DNA from: an uncultured virus (IMG/VR IMGVR_UViG_3300023174_000069)
Taxonomy: Duplodnaviria; Heunggongvirae; Uroviricota; Caudoviricetes
Strand: one strand, 5' to 3'
DNA: 64,000 nucleotides
Virus record (IMG/VR): IMGVR_UViG_3300023174_000069
The translations under genes were made by a program, and so were the position numbers. Below the pieces are notes generated by a model. That model worked only from the letters and a program-made list of their open reading frames with translations. It made no database searches and was not told the origin of the DNA. This document shows, piece after piece, positions 7,255 to 18,100 of the stretch. Each line of letters begins with the position of its first letter. The first letter of the stretch is position 1.

Positions 7255-9177
7255 ATGGACACATCATTCTTTGGTAAAGACGGCTTTATTTGGTGGAAAG
7301 GAGTAATTGAAGATCGAAAAGATCCTATTTTCCTTGGTCGCCTTCGTGTCCGTATATTTGGTTGGCACACAGAAGATAGAATGGAGCTGCCCACAGAAGA
7401 TCTTCCTTGGGCCGTACCCTCACTACCACTAGATCATGGAAGAAATTCAGTTGGGCCTAGAGAAGGTGACTGGTGTTGGGGGTTTTTCCTAGACGGAAAA
7501 GAAGCACAAAAGCCTATTGTTGTAGGTTATATTCCCGGAATTGATGAAGAACCCTCCAAAACAGAAAGTGGATATGGTGACCCCACACCCGACGATCAAT
7601 TAACTCCTGATAATGTTCCTCGACCACCTGATATGGCACCCCTAGAAGAAGGTGAAGCGAGTGCCGATCAGGAACAACAGTCTAACACAAAATCTGGTAA
7701 ATATGGTGATGGACAACGACTGCCTGGAGCAAATACTGCGTTTGGACAACTAACTACAGATTATAGTGCAGACAGATATAAGTTTGATGTAAACAAAGAT
7801 GGTAAATACGATCAATCCGATGCTGACAAGATGTTGGACTTAGATAATGATGGTGTGCCTAACAACGAGAAAGAATTTTTTAGTGGACAAATTAGCACTT
7901 CTGTTGCTTCTGCTCCTATGTCACGATATCCTCTAGAAAATCGATTGATGGAACCATCCACATCTCGTCTTAGTAGAAATGAAAAAATTGAAGAAACCAT
8001 CGTAGCTCTAAAACGAGGAGAAATGGACTCTGGTGAAGGTGGAGGTTACGAAGCCGCCGGTGTTGGAGGAGACTCCGGAAGTGAACCACTAGCTTTTTCA
8101 GAGCCTGATACACCATATAATGCCAAGTATCCATATAACCATGTGTACGAAAGCGAGTCAGGTCATGTCATAGAAGTTGATGATTCGCCAGGTGCTCAAA
8201 GATTGCATTGGTATCACAGATCAGGAACTTTCACAGAAATCCATCCTAACGGACTCGAAGTTAATAAGATTAAAAAGTCTCAATATAACTTCATATACGA
8301 AGATTATTACAATGCCACAAAAAAGAGCATGAATTTAGATGCTGGAGATGCATATCGACTGAAAGCCGGAACTGTAATAAACTTAAATTCTGGTTCAGAT
8401 CATAATAGACAAGTTGGAGCAAATCTTAATGGAAATATAGGCGAGTCCATAAACACTAGAGTTGGCAAAAGCGTATTCACCGGAATAGGAGAAGAAACTA
8501 GAACCATCGCTGGCGAAGGAGTTTATGTGTGTTCTAAAGGAAGTGTAGTACATATAAAGGCTACAGGGGAAATCAATCTTCAATCAGCAAGCATGATTGT
8601 TCTTCAGGCACCACAAATACATTTGGCTGGACAAGTTTTTGCTCCAAATCCTCCTTATTCTAGTCCTATAGCTACCCCTAATGATGCTGATAATGAGGAC
8701 AAGATAGAAGAAAAGCCAGTTGAAGCGTCTCCTAAATATGGATACTTACTTCCAAAAGGAACTGTAGGAGATGTGTATAAACCTATATCTGACAGTGACA
8801 AAAAGTTAGTTACTCTTTCGGCTGCGGGCCCAAATCACGAGCTACGAGAAGCTCTGCCTACAGGACAGCTTGAGGCTGTTGTAATAAAATTTCAACATCC
8901 AGATGGGCAAATAACTAAGTGGGAAATTGTTAGACCAGTTCACATACCAGGAGATTTAATAGACAGCCCAGCTAGACAAGAAATGTTTGAGGACGGCGTT
9001 AGACATATGTGCCGCTGGAGCAAAGCTGGAGCCAAATATCCAAAGCAAATGTTTTGGGTTGTTCCTGGAGGTGCTGAGAATTTAATTTTGGATTCAGCAG
9101 AGAGACATCAGTGTTTGACAGGTCCATTTAATGATCGAATCAATTTTGATCTTAGAACCAGAAAATCTGTCAAATAG
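7255..9177 (+). CDS. gp5: Baseplate hub/central spike protein (gp5-like), no lysozyme domain
   Basis: N-terminal OB fold (WWKGVIEDRKDPIFLGRLRVRIFGWHT...LPWA), YPYNHVYESESGHVIEVDDSPG motif and beta-helix repeats. Confidence 0.93.
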   Translation: MDTSFFGKDGFIWWKGVIEDRKDPIFLGRLRVRIFGWHTEDRMELPTEDLPWAVPSLPLDHGRNSVGPREGDWCWGFFLDGKEAQKPIVVGYIPGIDEEPSKTESGYGDPTPDDQLTPDNVPRPPDMAPLEEGEASADQEQQSNTKSGKYGDGQRLPGANTAFGQLTTDYSADRYKFDVNKDGKYDQSDADKMLDLDNDGVPNNEKEFFSGQISTSVASAPMSRYPLENRLMEPSTSRLSRNEKIEETIVALKRGEMDSGEGGGYEAAGVGGDSGSEPLAFSEPDTPYNAKYPYNHVYESESGHVIEVDDSPGAQRLHWYHRSGTFTEIHPNGLEVNKIKKSQYNFIYEDYYNATKKSMNLDAGDAYRLKAGTVINLNSGSDHNRQVGANLNGNIGESINTRVGKSVFTGIGEETRTIAGEGVYVCSKGSVVHIKATGEINLQSASMIVLQAPQIHLAGQVFAPNPPYSSPIATPNDADNEDKIEEKPVEASPKYGYLLPKGTVGDVYKPISDSDKKLVTLSAAGPNHELREALPTGQLEAVVIKFQHPDGQITKWEIVRPVHIPGDLIDSPARQEMFEDGVRHMCRWSKAGAKYPKQMFWVVPGGAENLILDSAERHQCLTGPFNDRINFDLRTRKSVK

Positions 9178-9215
9178 TACACTGTGGAAATTACCCATAG
9201 CTATTCAACAACTAG

Positions 9216-9223
9216 CATAAATA
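9216..9223 (+). promoter_or_regulatory. T4-type late promoter (CATAAATA)
   Basis: Intergenic, upstream of gp25. Confidence 0.55.
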
Positions 9224-9253
9224 AATTGTATATTTTTATAGTGTTATTTCCTC

Positions 9254-9697
9254 ATGACAAACGACTATCGAAAAATGTTTACCGATTCTGCGGGCGAGAT
9301 ACGTCTCGAAAAGACGGTAAGGAAATTTTCAGATTTGGATTTTGATTTCATCCCACATCCAGTTTCGGGAGACATAAACACACTAACAGACGCCAATTCA
9401 GTCAAACGTTCTATACGAAATTTGATGCTAACTGGAACTTACGAGCGACCATTTAGACCCAATTTAGGTGGTAATTTAAAACAACTGTTGTTTGAGCCTG
9501 TAAGTCCTCTCACTCAAATAAGTATTCAAGTTTTAATAAGTGATATAATTAGAATATATGAACCTAGAGTTGAGATTTTAGATCTTCAAGTATCGGTAAA
9601 TCCAGATGAAACTGGATATAATGTTCATTTAGTGTTCGCTGTGAATGAAACTTCAGATGTTTCTTCTGTAGACATATTTTTAGAAAGATTGCGTTAA
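9254..9697 (+). CDS. gp25: Baseplate wedge subunit (gp25-like)
   Basis: SVKRSIRNLMLTGTYERPFRPNLG...YEPRV, GPW/gp25 family signature. Confidence 0.95.
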   Translation: MTNDYRKMFTDSAGEIRLEKTVRKFSDLDFDFIPHPVSGDINTLTDANSVKRSIRNLMLTGTYERPFRPNLGGNLKQLLFEPVSPLTQISIQVLISDIIRIYEPRVEILDLQVSVNPDETGYNVHLVFAVNETSDVSSVDIFLERLR

Positions 9698-9701
9698 ACA
9701 T

Positions 9702-11519
9702 ATGAGCGATATAAAATACACAGAATTGGATTTTGAACAGATTAAAAATAATCTAAAAAATTTCCTAAAACAACAGGATCAATTTAAAGACTATAATTTT
9801 GATGGTTCGTCCATGTCAGTGTTGCTAGATGTTTTAGCATACAACACAGCATACAACGGATTTTATTTGAATATGTTGGCCAGCGAAATGTTTTTAGATT
9901 CTGCTTCTATGCGAGAAAGCGTAGTTTCCAGATCAAAACATTTGGGATATACACCCAGATCAGCAAGATGTTTGGCTGCTAAGATTGATGTTGTATTGGA
10001 GTTTCCTGAAAGTGCAACTCCACCATTAAATATGATAATCGACACAAACAAAGAATTTTATACTAGCGTAAACGATATACGATATAGTTTTTACCCGAAA
10101 AATTCTGTATATTTTAAACAAATAGGTGTTAGAAAATATATTGCATCTGGTGTTGATCTGCTGGAAGGGAAAAAATTTACTTATAATTGGACTGTGGACA
10201 AAACAGCAGTAATTAAACAGCGATATATTATTCCTAATAAAAATGTAGATACTTCTACATTAAAGGTTACGGTTCAAAATTCTTCTACTAATTCCAGCGT
10301 TACGGTATTTAATTTGTTTGATGACATCAATTTATTAGATTCAAACGACGCAGTATATTTCTTGCAAGAAACATCAGATAACAAATATGAATTAATATTT
10401 GGTGATGGTATATTAGGAAAATCTTTAGTAAATGGAAATATTATAAACATTGAATATATTGTTCCTACAGGAAATCAAGCACTAGGAGCAAAAGCATTTA
10501 GAATTAATTCCCCCGGAGGAGCATATTTGGGTGGAATAATGACCATAAATGTTGTTAAGCCAGCCGGCGGTGAGGCTGCTTATGCACCACAGGAGTCAAT
10601 AGAGTCGATTAAATTGTTAGCACCCAGAGCGTATGAGGCTCAAAATAGAGCCGTCACAAAATCAGATTATGAAACACTGTTAAAGAAAGATATTCCTGCA
10701 ATCGAGCACGTTAGAGTTTGGGGTGGAGAAGATAATGATCCTCCTATCTATGGCAAAGTATTCTGTGCTATCAAGCCCGTAACAGGATATGGATTAAATG
10801 AAGATGATAGAAAAAATATTGTTGATAATTATATCAAACCTCGAAATCTAATATCTGTAGAGGTCATTCTGCTTGAGCCAGAATATATCAGAATGACTGT
10901 GAACTCCCGAGTAAATTATTTCCCACATAAAACTTCTAAGAGCATTAATGATCTAAGAAATTCCATATATGATTCTATAAAAAATTATAAAAACACATCT
11001 TTGGTCGGATTTGATTCTGACTTTAGATATTCTAAGCTATTAAATGTTATCGACTCGACCGACTCTTCGATAGAAAGTAATTTAACAGAGATTAAAATAA
11101 AGTATCGATTGAGTCCAGCGTTTGATGTTCAAAACTCCTTTAAGATCGTTTTAAATAATGCGATTGATAGAGGAGATTTTAAAAATTCTATTGCAGCAAT
11201 AAACAGCACAGAGTTTTTCTATGTCAATAAAAAGGTAATGTTGGCTGACGACGGTGCTGGAACATTATTTTTGTATTACTTATTTAATGACAAAAAAATT
11301 GTGATAAATCCTAATGTAGGTTCGGTTGATTACGACACAGGAGAGATACTAATTAAAGATTTGTTAGTAACTAATATACCTAATCAGCAAAAATATATTG
11401 ATTTGCATATCACTCCTAAACAAAATGACATAATTGTATTGCGAAATCAGGTTCTTTTATTGGATGATGAAGATATTTCTGTTGATGTTATCGATTTGAG
11501 TAGAGTTAAGTTGTCATGA
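9702..11519 (+). CDS. gp6: Baseplate wedge subunit (gp6-like)
   Basis: LDFEQIKNNLKNFLKQQDQFKDYNFDGS...LAYNT; QNRAVTKSDY. Confidence 0.96.
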   Translation: MSDIKYTELDFEQIKNNLKNFLKQQDQFKDYNFDGSSMSVLLDVLAYNTAYNGFYLNMLASEMFLDSASMRESVVSRSKHLGYTPRSARCLAAKIDVVLEFPESATPPLNMIIDTNKEFYTSVNDIRYSFYPKNSVYFKQIGVRKYIASGVDLLEGKKFTYNWTVDKTAVIKQRYIIPNKNVDTSTLKVTVQNSSTNSSVTVFNLFDDINLLDSNDAVYFLQETSDNKYELIFGDGILGKSLVNGNIINIEYIVPTGNQALGAKAFRINSPGGAYLGGIMTINVVKPAGGEAAYAPQESIESIKLLAPRAYEAQNRAVTKSDYETLLKKDIPAIEHVRVWGGEDNDPPIYGKVFCAIKPVTGYGLNEDDRKNIVDNYIKPRNLISVEVILLEPEYIRMTVNSRVNYFPHKTSKSINDLRNSIYDSIKNYKNTSLVGFDSDFRYSKLLNVIDSTDSSIESNLTEIKIKYRLSPAFDVQNSFKIVLNNAIDRGDFKNSIAAINSTEFFYVNKKVMLADDGAGTLFLYYLFNDKKIVINPNVGSVDYDTGEILIKDLLVTNIPNQQKYIDLHITPKQNDIIVLRNQVLLLDDEDISVDVIDLSRVKLS

Positions 11520-13150
11520 GTGTAATAAGTTTAGATTCTCTCATAACATCTAATCTTAATATATTATACCCGTCGGTATTCAATGCGGAAGAATTTCCTG
11601 GTATAGATAATTTTGTTCAAGCTCATTTTCCAGAATTTGTTACTGAAGATCACCCTCGATTTCTTGCATTCATGAAATCCTATTATCAATGGATGGAAAG
11701 CAAGAGAAACGTTCTGTACGATTCTAGAAGAATTTCTAATTATCAAGATATCGACACCAGCATAGACGTGTTTGTTGAACAATTTTTTAAAGAATTTTTA
11801 ACAAATATTCCTCGATCTGTTTTGACTGATAAGGCTTTGTTGCTAAAAAATATAAAACAGTTTTATAGAGCACGAGGAACAGAAAAATCTTATAAACTAT
11901 TTTTTAGAATGTTGTACGACACTGACGTTGAATTTTATTATCCACGAGTAGATGTATTAAAACCGTCGGATGGAAAATGGGTTCAAGATAAAACACTTAG
12001 AGTGTTTATTCTATCTGGTAATGGAGCAAAACTAAAATCTCTTAAAATACGAGGTATGACAAAAAACTCTACTGCATTTGTGGAAAGAGTTTTTTCTATT
12101 CGAGAAGGTTCTACCGTTGGGTATGAGTTGGTTTTAAATCGATCTAGCATAACAGGTCCATTTTTACCAGAAGAAATAATAGAAGCCGAATATGTAGAAA
12201 ATGGAACAAAAACGATTATCACCGCAAGAGTTAGTCCTGTTCCAATAAAGGGTGTTGTTTCTGTTCCTGGTAAAGGGTATTCGGTGGGCCAAACATTCAA
12301 TATTGGTATTGAAAATGCAGGATCTGGTGCTCAAATAAAAATCGAAGAAGTAGATGACGAAGGTGGAATCAAAAAAATATCTATCAAAAAATATGGTTTA
12401 GGATATAAACTTAGTAAACCTTTAACAAACATAACACTAGAAAGCAACACAGCAGACGAATTTGCAATAATAAATTTTGAACTTGGTGCGCTCATTAATT
12501 ATCCAGGCTATTACATGAATGAAGATGGACACTTGTCCACCACAAAATACATTCATGATGGTGAATATTATCAACAATTTTCTTATGTAGTTTATGTCAA
12601 TGAGACTATTTCTAGATATCGAAATGCTTTAAAATCTTTAATACATCCTATAGGATACAAGCTATTTGGTGGATTTAGATCTGAAGAGGTACTAAAGGCA
12701 AAATTAGGTGTATCAGAATATCCAAATCGCAGCCGAGAGCTTTTGAGAACGATTCACTCTCAGGTAGTAAACGCCAAGGCCAAGATGCACTTATCAGTAA
12801 ATCTCAAACATGATATAAACAGAAATCCAAAAACATACGCACTTGGACCTTCTGTTAATTCCATATATCGAGATAGATTCAGATACAAACCGTTTTCTAG
12901 ACCTATTAGATATGAGCCTGTACCTGCGGAGTCTAGACACATTAATAGTGAGCTTCCAGGAACACCAAATTATTTTGGTCCATCAAATGATTTAGGAAAC
13001 CAAAAAGCCATAACACCAATATCAGTGTTTGCTGAGGATAAGAAACTGACTCCTCACAAAATTGACACTGAATTATTCCAAAAAACAAATTTGTTACCTG
13101 ATGCTGTAGTTATTTCTCGTCCCATAACTGAAGATGAAGATAGCGAGTGA
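11516..13150 (+). CDS. gp7: Baseplate wedge initiator (gp7-like)
   Basis: LKNIKQFYRARGTEKSYKLFFRMLY; IHDGEYYQQFSYV...IHPIG; lies between gp6 and gp8. Confidence 0.85.
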   Translation: MSVISLDSLITSNLNILYPSVFNAEEFPGIDNFVQAHFPEFVTEDHPRFLAFMKSYYQWMESKRNVLYDSRRISNYQDIDTSIDVFVEQFFKEFLTNIPRSVLTDKALLLKNIKQFYRARGTEKSYKLFFRMLYDTDVEFYYPRVDVLKPSDGKWVQDKTLRVFILSGNGAKLKSLKIRGMTKNSTAFVERVFSIREGSTVGYELVLNRSSITGPFLPEEIIEAEYVENGTKTIITARVSPVPIKGVVSVPGKGYSVGQTFNIGIENAGSGAQIKIEEVDDEGGIKKISIKKYGLGYKLSKPLTNITLESNTADEFAIINFELGALINYPGYYMNEDGHLSTTKYIHDGEYYQQFSYVVYVNETISRYRNALKSLIHPIGYKLFGGFRSEEVLKAKLGVSEYPNRSRELLRTIHSQVVNAKAKMHLSVNLKHDINRNPKTYALGPSVNSIYRDRFRYKPFSRPIRYEPVPAESRHINSELPGTPNYFGPSNDLGNQKAITPISVFAEDKKLTPHKIDTELFQKTNLLPDAVVISRPITEDEDSE

Positions 13151-13213
13151 GTACATAATTTTGGTAGGATGTCTTATAAAGATGTAGCTAAATAACAATA
13201 TAGGAAATAAATT

Positions 13214-15118
13214 ATGACTGCGATTATTAAAAACAACTTTCGATTGCAAAATGCGAGAGATTTTTTGGAGAACTTCACTGGGCATCCTCGCACTCTGCCA
13301 TTGAATAATAATATTACTATTAATGATGATGGTAGTTTCTCTGACGATGAACAAGGTCGGGCCACATTAAATTTAACTTGGTCTTTTGATAGAACATCTG
13401 ATAGTCAAGATAACACACTGATTAAAAACGATTCTGTTGTTGGTCTTAAAGACGCTATCGGTGGACATACACAAGATCGAAATCACTATCTATTTGTAGG
13501 AAAGCCCACTGTTTGGGGTGATGGTTCGCAAAATGATGAATTATATCCTGTAGCTCCTCAAGATACTATGGAGGAAGAAGCTAGAATTTGGGATGAAATG
13601 TTGGGATTAAAAAAGATTACAGAAACTACTGCATCGTTGGTCGTTCCCAGATTTGATTGGGATTCTTCAGGAAAGACCGTGTATGCCGTCTTTGATGATA
13701 AAGATCCTAATTTGCATCGACAACCTACTCCCGAAAGAGCCGGTGAAGAATCGATCAGAAGTTTATATGCCGGAAGTTTTTATGCATTAACTGATGAATT
13801 TGATGTATTTGTGTGTTTAGAAAATGGTAACAATTCTCCTAGCACCGAAAAGCCAGTGAGAAAAACTCCTGTTACGGATTTAGTAGATTATTCCGATATT
13901 GACGGGTATGTTTGGAAATACATAACTCGAATTAAGCAATCAGATATAGTTAGATTTTTAACTGACAGTTGGATTCCTGTAAAAACTTTAATTAAAAATG
14001 ACAACTCAGGATCATATCAATGGGAGGTTCAAGAAGATGCTACTCCCGGCGCTGTATTATCATTTGTTGTTGAAGCTCAGGGGTCAGGATTCGTTCGCAC
14101 TCATTCGGGTAAATTAACCGGTCCTACAAATATTAGCGAAGGTGGTGTTGTCAAAGGACAAGCTAATCTTTCTGCATTAACTGGAGGTGTTGAACCTAGT
14201 GGATCTGTAGGGCACTACAGTGGATGCGAAATACATATTGTTTCTGGTGATGGTCAAGGATCGGTATATAAAATTGAATCTTATGATGGTGCAAAGATTA
14301 CTTTAACCTCATCGTGGAAGACCGATAGTAATGGTGTTTTGAAAGTTTCATCAAATTCAGAATATCAAATATTACCTGAATTGCGATTAGAGTCCAATGG
14401 TACTTCTCCCGTAAAGGCGAAACCAATTTTAACTGGAGATAAAGTAAGTAGAGTTTTAGTATTATCAAGTGGTGCTGGTGCTACTTATGTTAAAGCTACT
14501 TTAGTAAATTCTGCGGGAGGAACTGGGGCTAGAGTAAGAGCCGTTTTATCTCCTGTGAAAGGATTAGGAAAGGATCCTGAGAAAGATTTAGGAGCATTTT
14601 TTGTTATGCTAAATGCCAAACTTCAGTATTCTGAAGGTGCAGGAGATTTTCCTATCAACAACGATTATCGACAAATTGGTATAATTAGAAACGTTAAAAA
14701 TAATGAAGATGGCAAATTAGCAACAAAAGCAACACTAATCGCCACAAAAAAACTGTTACTAACAGGAATTTCATCCGGAACCAACGGGCTGTTTCGTTCT
14801 GATGAGCTAATTTCCATGGAAGATGCATCAGGAAATATAATCAAGGCAAAAGTGTTAGATTATATTCCATCTACTACAGTTTTGAGCGAAGGTGCTTTGA
14901 CCTATATTCAAACACCAGAAACTGGTTATGGAATAATCACAAGTGGGCTATTGATCACTGGTGAAACATCTGGATGTGAAGCCACTATTAAACCATCTGG
15001 TGTAGTTTCTGAAGAAATTAAAAAGTTTGAAGGAGAAATTTTATACTTGGAAAATCGTAGACCTGTTTTAAGATCCTCGGATCAGGTGGAAGACATCAAG
15101 GCAATCATAGAATTTTAG
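13214..15118 (+). CDS. gp8: Baseplate wedge subunit (gp8-like)
   Basis: MTAIIKNNFRLQNA; FVCLENGNN...DGYVWKY; GEILYLENRRPVLRSSDQVEDIKAIIEF. Confidence 0.92.
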   Translation: MTAIIKNNFRLQNARDFLENFTGHPRTLPLNNNITINDDGSFSDDEQGRATLNLTWSFDRTSDSQDNTLIKNDSVVGLKDAIGGHTQDRNHYLFVGKPTVWGDGSQNDELYPVAPQDTMEEEARIWDEMLGLKKITETTASLVVPRFDWDSSGKTVYAVFDDKDPNLHRQPTPERAGEESIRSLYAGSFYALTDEFDVFVCLENGNNSPSTEKPVRKTPVTDLVDYSDIDGYVWKYITRIKQSDIVRFLTDSWIPVKTLIKNDNSGSYQWEVQEDATPGAVLSFVVEAQGSGFVRTHSGKLTGPTNISEGGVVKGQANLSALTGGVEPSGSVGHYSGCEIHIVSGDGQGSVYKIESYDGAKITLTSSWKTDSNGVLKVSSNSEYQILPELRLESNGTSPVKAKPILTGDKVSRVLVLSSGAGATYVKATLVNSAGGTGARVRAVLSPVKGLGKDPEKDLGAFFVMLNAKLQYSEGAGDFPINNDYRQIGIIRNVKNNEDGKLATKATLIATKKLLLTGISSGTNGLFRSDELISMEDASGNIIKAKVLDYIPSTTVLSEGALTYIQTPETGYGIITSGLLITGETSGCEATIKPSGVVSEEIKKFEGEILYLENRRPVLRSSDQVEDIKAIIEF

Positions 15119-15119
15119 T

Positions 15120-15127
15120 GATAAATA
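15120..15127 (+). promoter_or_regulatory. T4-type late promoter (GATAAATA)
   Basis: Intergenic, upstream of the large baseplate gene. Confidence 0.55.
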
Positions 15128-15137
15128 ATTATATACC

Positions 15138-18100
15138 ATGACAAAAGTAAATCTGAATCAATATCCATACTATGATGATTATGACGAGAATAAAAAATTC
15201 TATCGAATTTTATTTCGTCCTGGTCGTGCGATTCAAACTAGAGAATTAAATCAGCTCCAATCTTTACTTCAAAAGCAAATTGAAAGAGTTGGTGCCCATC
15301 TGTTCGAGCAAGGTGCACAGGTAATTCCTGGCGACAAAGAAGGTGTAAAATACATCAATAATTATGGCTTTATTAAAATAGCCGGGACTGATGGAAATTT
15401 AGCTACTACATTAACGCAATTAAATCAATACTGGTTGGGAAAAACAATAAAAAGTTTAAGTGAACCTCTGGACATAAGAGCCGAGGTTGTTGGTGTTTTG
15501 CCACCAGATTCTAGTGGTGAAGCAAGACTATTCATCAATTATTTAAAGGCAGATAATAGTGGTGATAACACCAAATTTTTAAAGAATCAATTAATAACAA
15601 CTATTGATGAAACGCCCATAAGCGCCAATATAGTAAATAAGGACGCAGCTATAGGCACCGCACACTGTGTTATAGTTGCTGAAGGTGTATATTTCTTCAA
15701 TGGTAATTTTGTATTTGTTGAGCAACAAAAACTTTTCATTCAACCTAGAGATATTGACGACGACTCCGCCTGGTTGGAACCACCCACGGCTTTAGTAGGA
15801 CTAAAAGTGTCGGAATCTGTAGTCACTGCTGATGAGGATGATACACTATATGATAATGCTCTTGGAACTCCAAACTTTTCTGCGCCTGGTGCAGATCGAT
15901 TAAAAATTTCTGCGGACATATATCAAGCTCCAGATATAAACTATTCTGCAGGAGATTTTGTACCTCTACTTGCTCTTGTAGATGGTACTTTGCGTCAACG
16001 AGTTGTTAATACAGACTACTCAATATTGGAGCACACGTTAGCTCGAAGAACCTTCGATGAATCTGGTGATTATGTTGTTAATCCATTTATCGTCTCTGTA
16101 GAAAATTTCTTGAGAGAAGGTAATTTAGGTGGTGCTCATCCTATAGAAGAGTTTCAGTGTTCTAGTAAAGATGAAGCCATTAAATTGGCAAATAAATTTT
16201 TTGAATTACCAATTTATGATGCTGATGTTGAGGCTGAGGGACCCTTTGCTGGTGGAGTGCAATATGAAGATGCATGGTATCCAACCAAAAAGGATGGGAC
16301 TTTTCAGGACTTTCTTACTTTATGTAGAGATAGAGTTTCATTAAAAATTGAGCCGGGCAAAGCCTACGTTAAAGGATATGAAATTGAAAAAATATTTACA
16401 ACCATTGTAGATATTCCTAGAGCCAGAACATTAAAGTATCAAAACAATTCTGCTCTTTATACACCTCTTGGAACATACTTAATAGTAACTGATGTTGAAG
16501 GTGTTCCTGAGCTTCAAAATTATGATTTAATCGAGCTTCATAACACACCTAAGGCTCAACAAAATAATCCAGGAGAAAGCAGTTCTACATCAAGAATAGG
16601 AACAGCAAGAGTTTTGGCAATAGAGTTGTTGACCACCGCTTCGGCGACTTCCGGAGCAACATACAAACTATTTTTGTTTGATATTAAGCCCGATACCAAT
16701 CAATCATTATCTCAGTTAAAGAGCGTTTACTCAGGAAATCCAACGTTTAAGTGTAATTGTTTTCCTGATTATTATAGATTGTTTGGTTCAGTTTCGATTA
16801 AAAACCAAGACGGCATCACAGACGTTGCTGGTGCACTAAACACAACATCAACATATATGCTAGTCGGCACAGGAACATCGTGGAAAAACGATCAAACCAA
16901 TATTCTTATCACCAACGATGTTGTTAGAGTAGGATTAGGAGTAAATGCAGCTTACTTTAGGGTCACGAATAACCCAGATAATGATAATCAATTACTGGTT
17001 AAATACTTATCTGGAGCAAGCAGCATACTTGCAGGATCTGTCATAGAAGCCTCTTATGTTCAATTTCAGGGCTTGCAGGAAGGTTCATCTTTAGTTTACA
17101 AACTTCCTCATGATGCTATAAAAACTGTTAGAGGTGGTGCTCAAGGATCACCAAACCCATCGGAGATAGACACAGTATTAACTGTTCGCAGAGTTGTGGC
17201 TAGTGATTTGGTAACCACAGGAGCAACATCAGTTTCTCTAACTACAGATGAGTTGTTTTCACCATTTTCTATCAATGATTATATCATTATTAACAAAAAT
17301 ACTGGTCAATGGATGCAACTACAATCTTATGATGGTCCTGTAGATGCAGCTCCCGATGGATCCACTATTGCATCCAATCAAGCAATATTAAAAATTGTAG
17401 GAAACACAATCAATATTTACACAACATCTTTGCAAAGCAAAACTCTGTATGTTATAGCAACGGTTCAAAAAACCAACAGTGCAGCTTTACAAAGAACAAA
17501 AACTCTAAGAGCAGGAACGTTTGAATATTTTCCTGTGCAGCTTAAACATAGATATAGCGGACCATACGTTATTGTAGAATCAGACGCCAATATTATCTCA
17601 CTAAAAAAGGCAGACGTTCTTAGAATAAGCAGAGTTATTCAATCGCCTAGTTTTAGTGTAGAACCTAGTGACTATAGCGATGAAAATTTACCAGAAGGAC
17701 ATATAAATGTCACTGCTCTGTATATGTTAGATAGTGGACAAAGAGACTATTATTATGACATAGGACGAGCAATAAGAAAAAGTGGAGTTCCAAAAGCCAC
17801 AGGAAAAATTAGAGTTGAATTTGATTATTTTGAACATAGCTTAGGGTCTACAGGAGGATATTTTTCTGTGGATTCTTATAACACCGAAGGTACATCAGCA
17901 GAGCTTCGATATGAAGATATTCCTATGTTTATCAATTCTAGTGGAGAAACTTACGATTTGGCTTGTTGCTTAGATTTTCGTCCACGAGTAATAGATGATG
18001 ACGGCGCAACACAAATTGGTGTTACGGCCGGATTTAAAACTTACTTGGAACCACCCAAAGGTTCTGTAAGATGTGACTATCATCATTATGAAGCTCGTGC

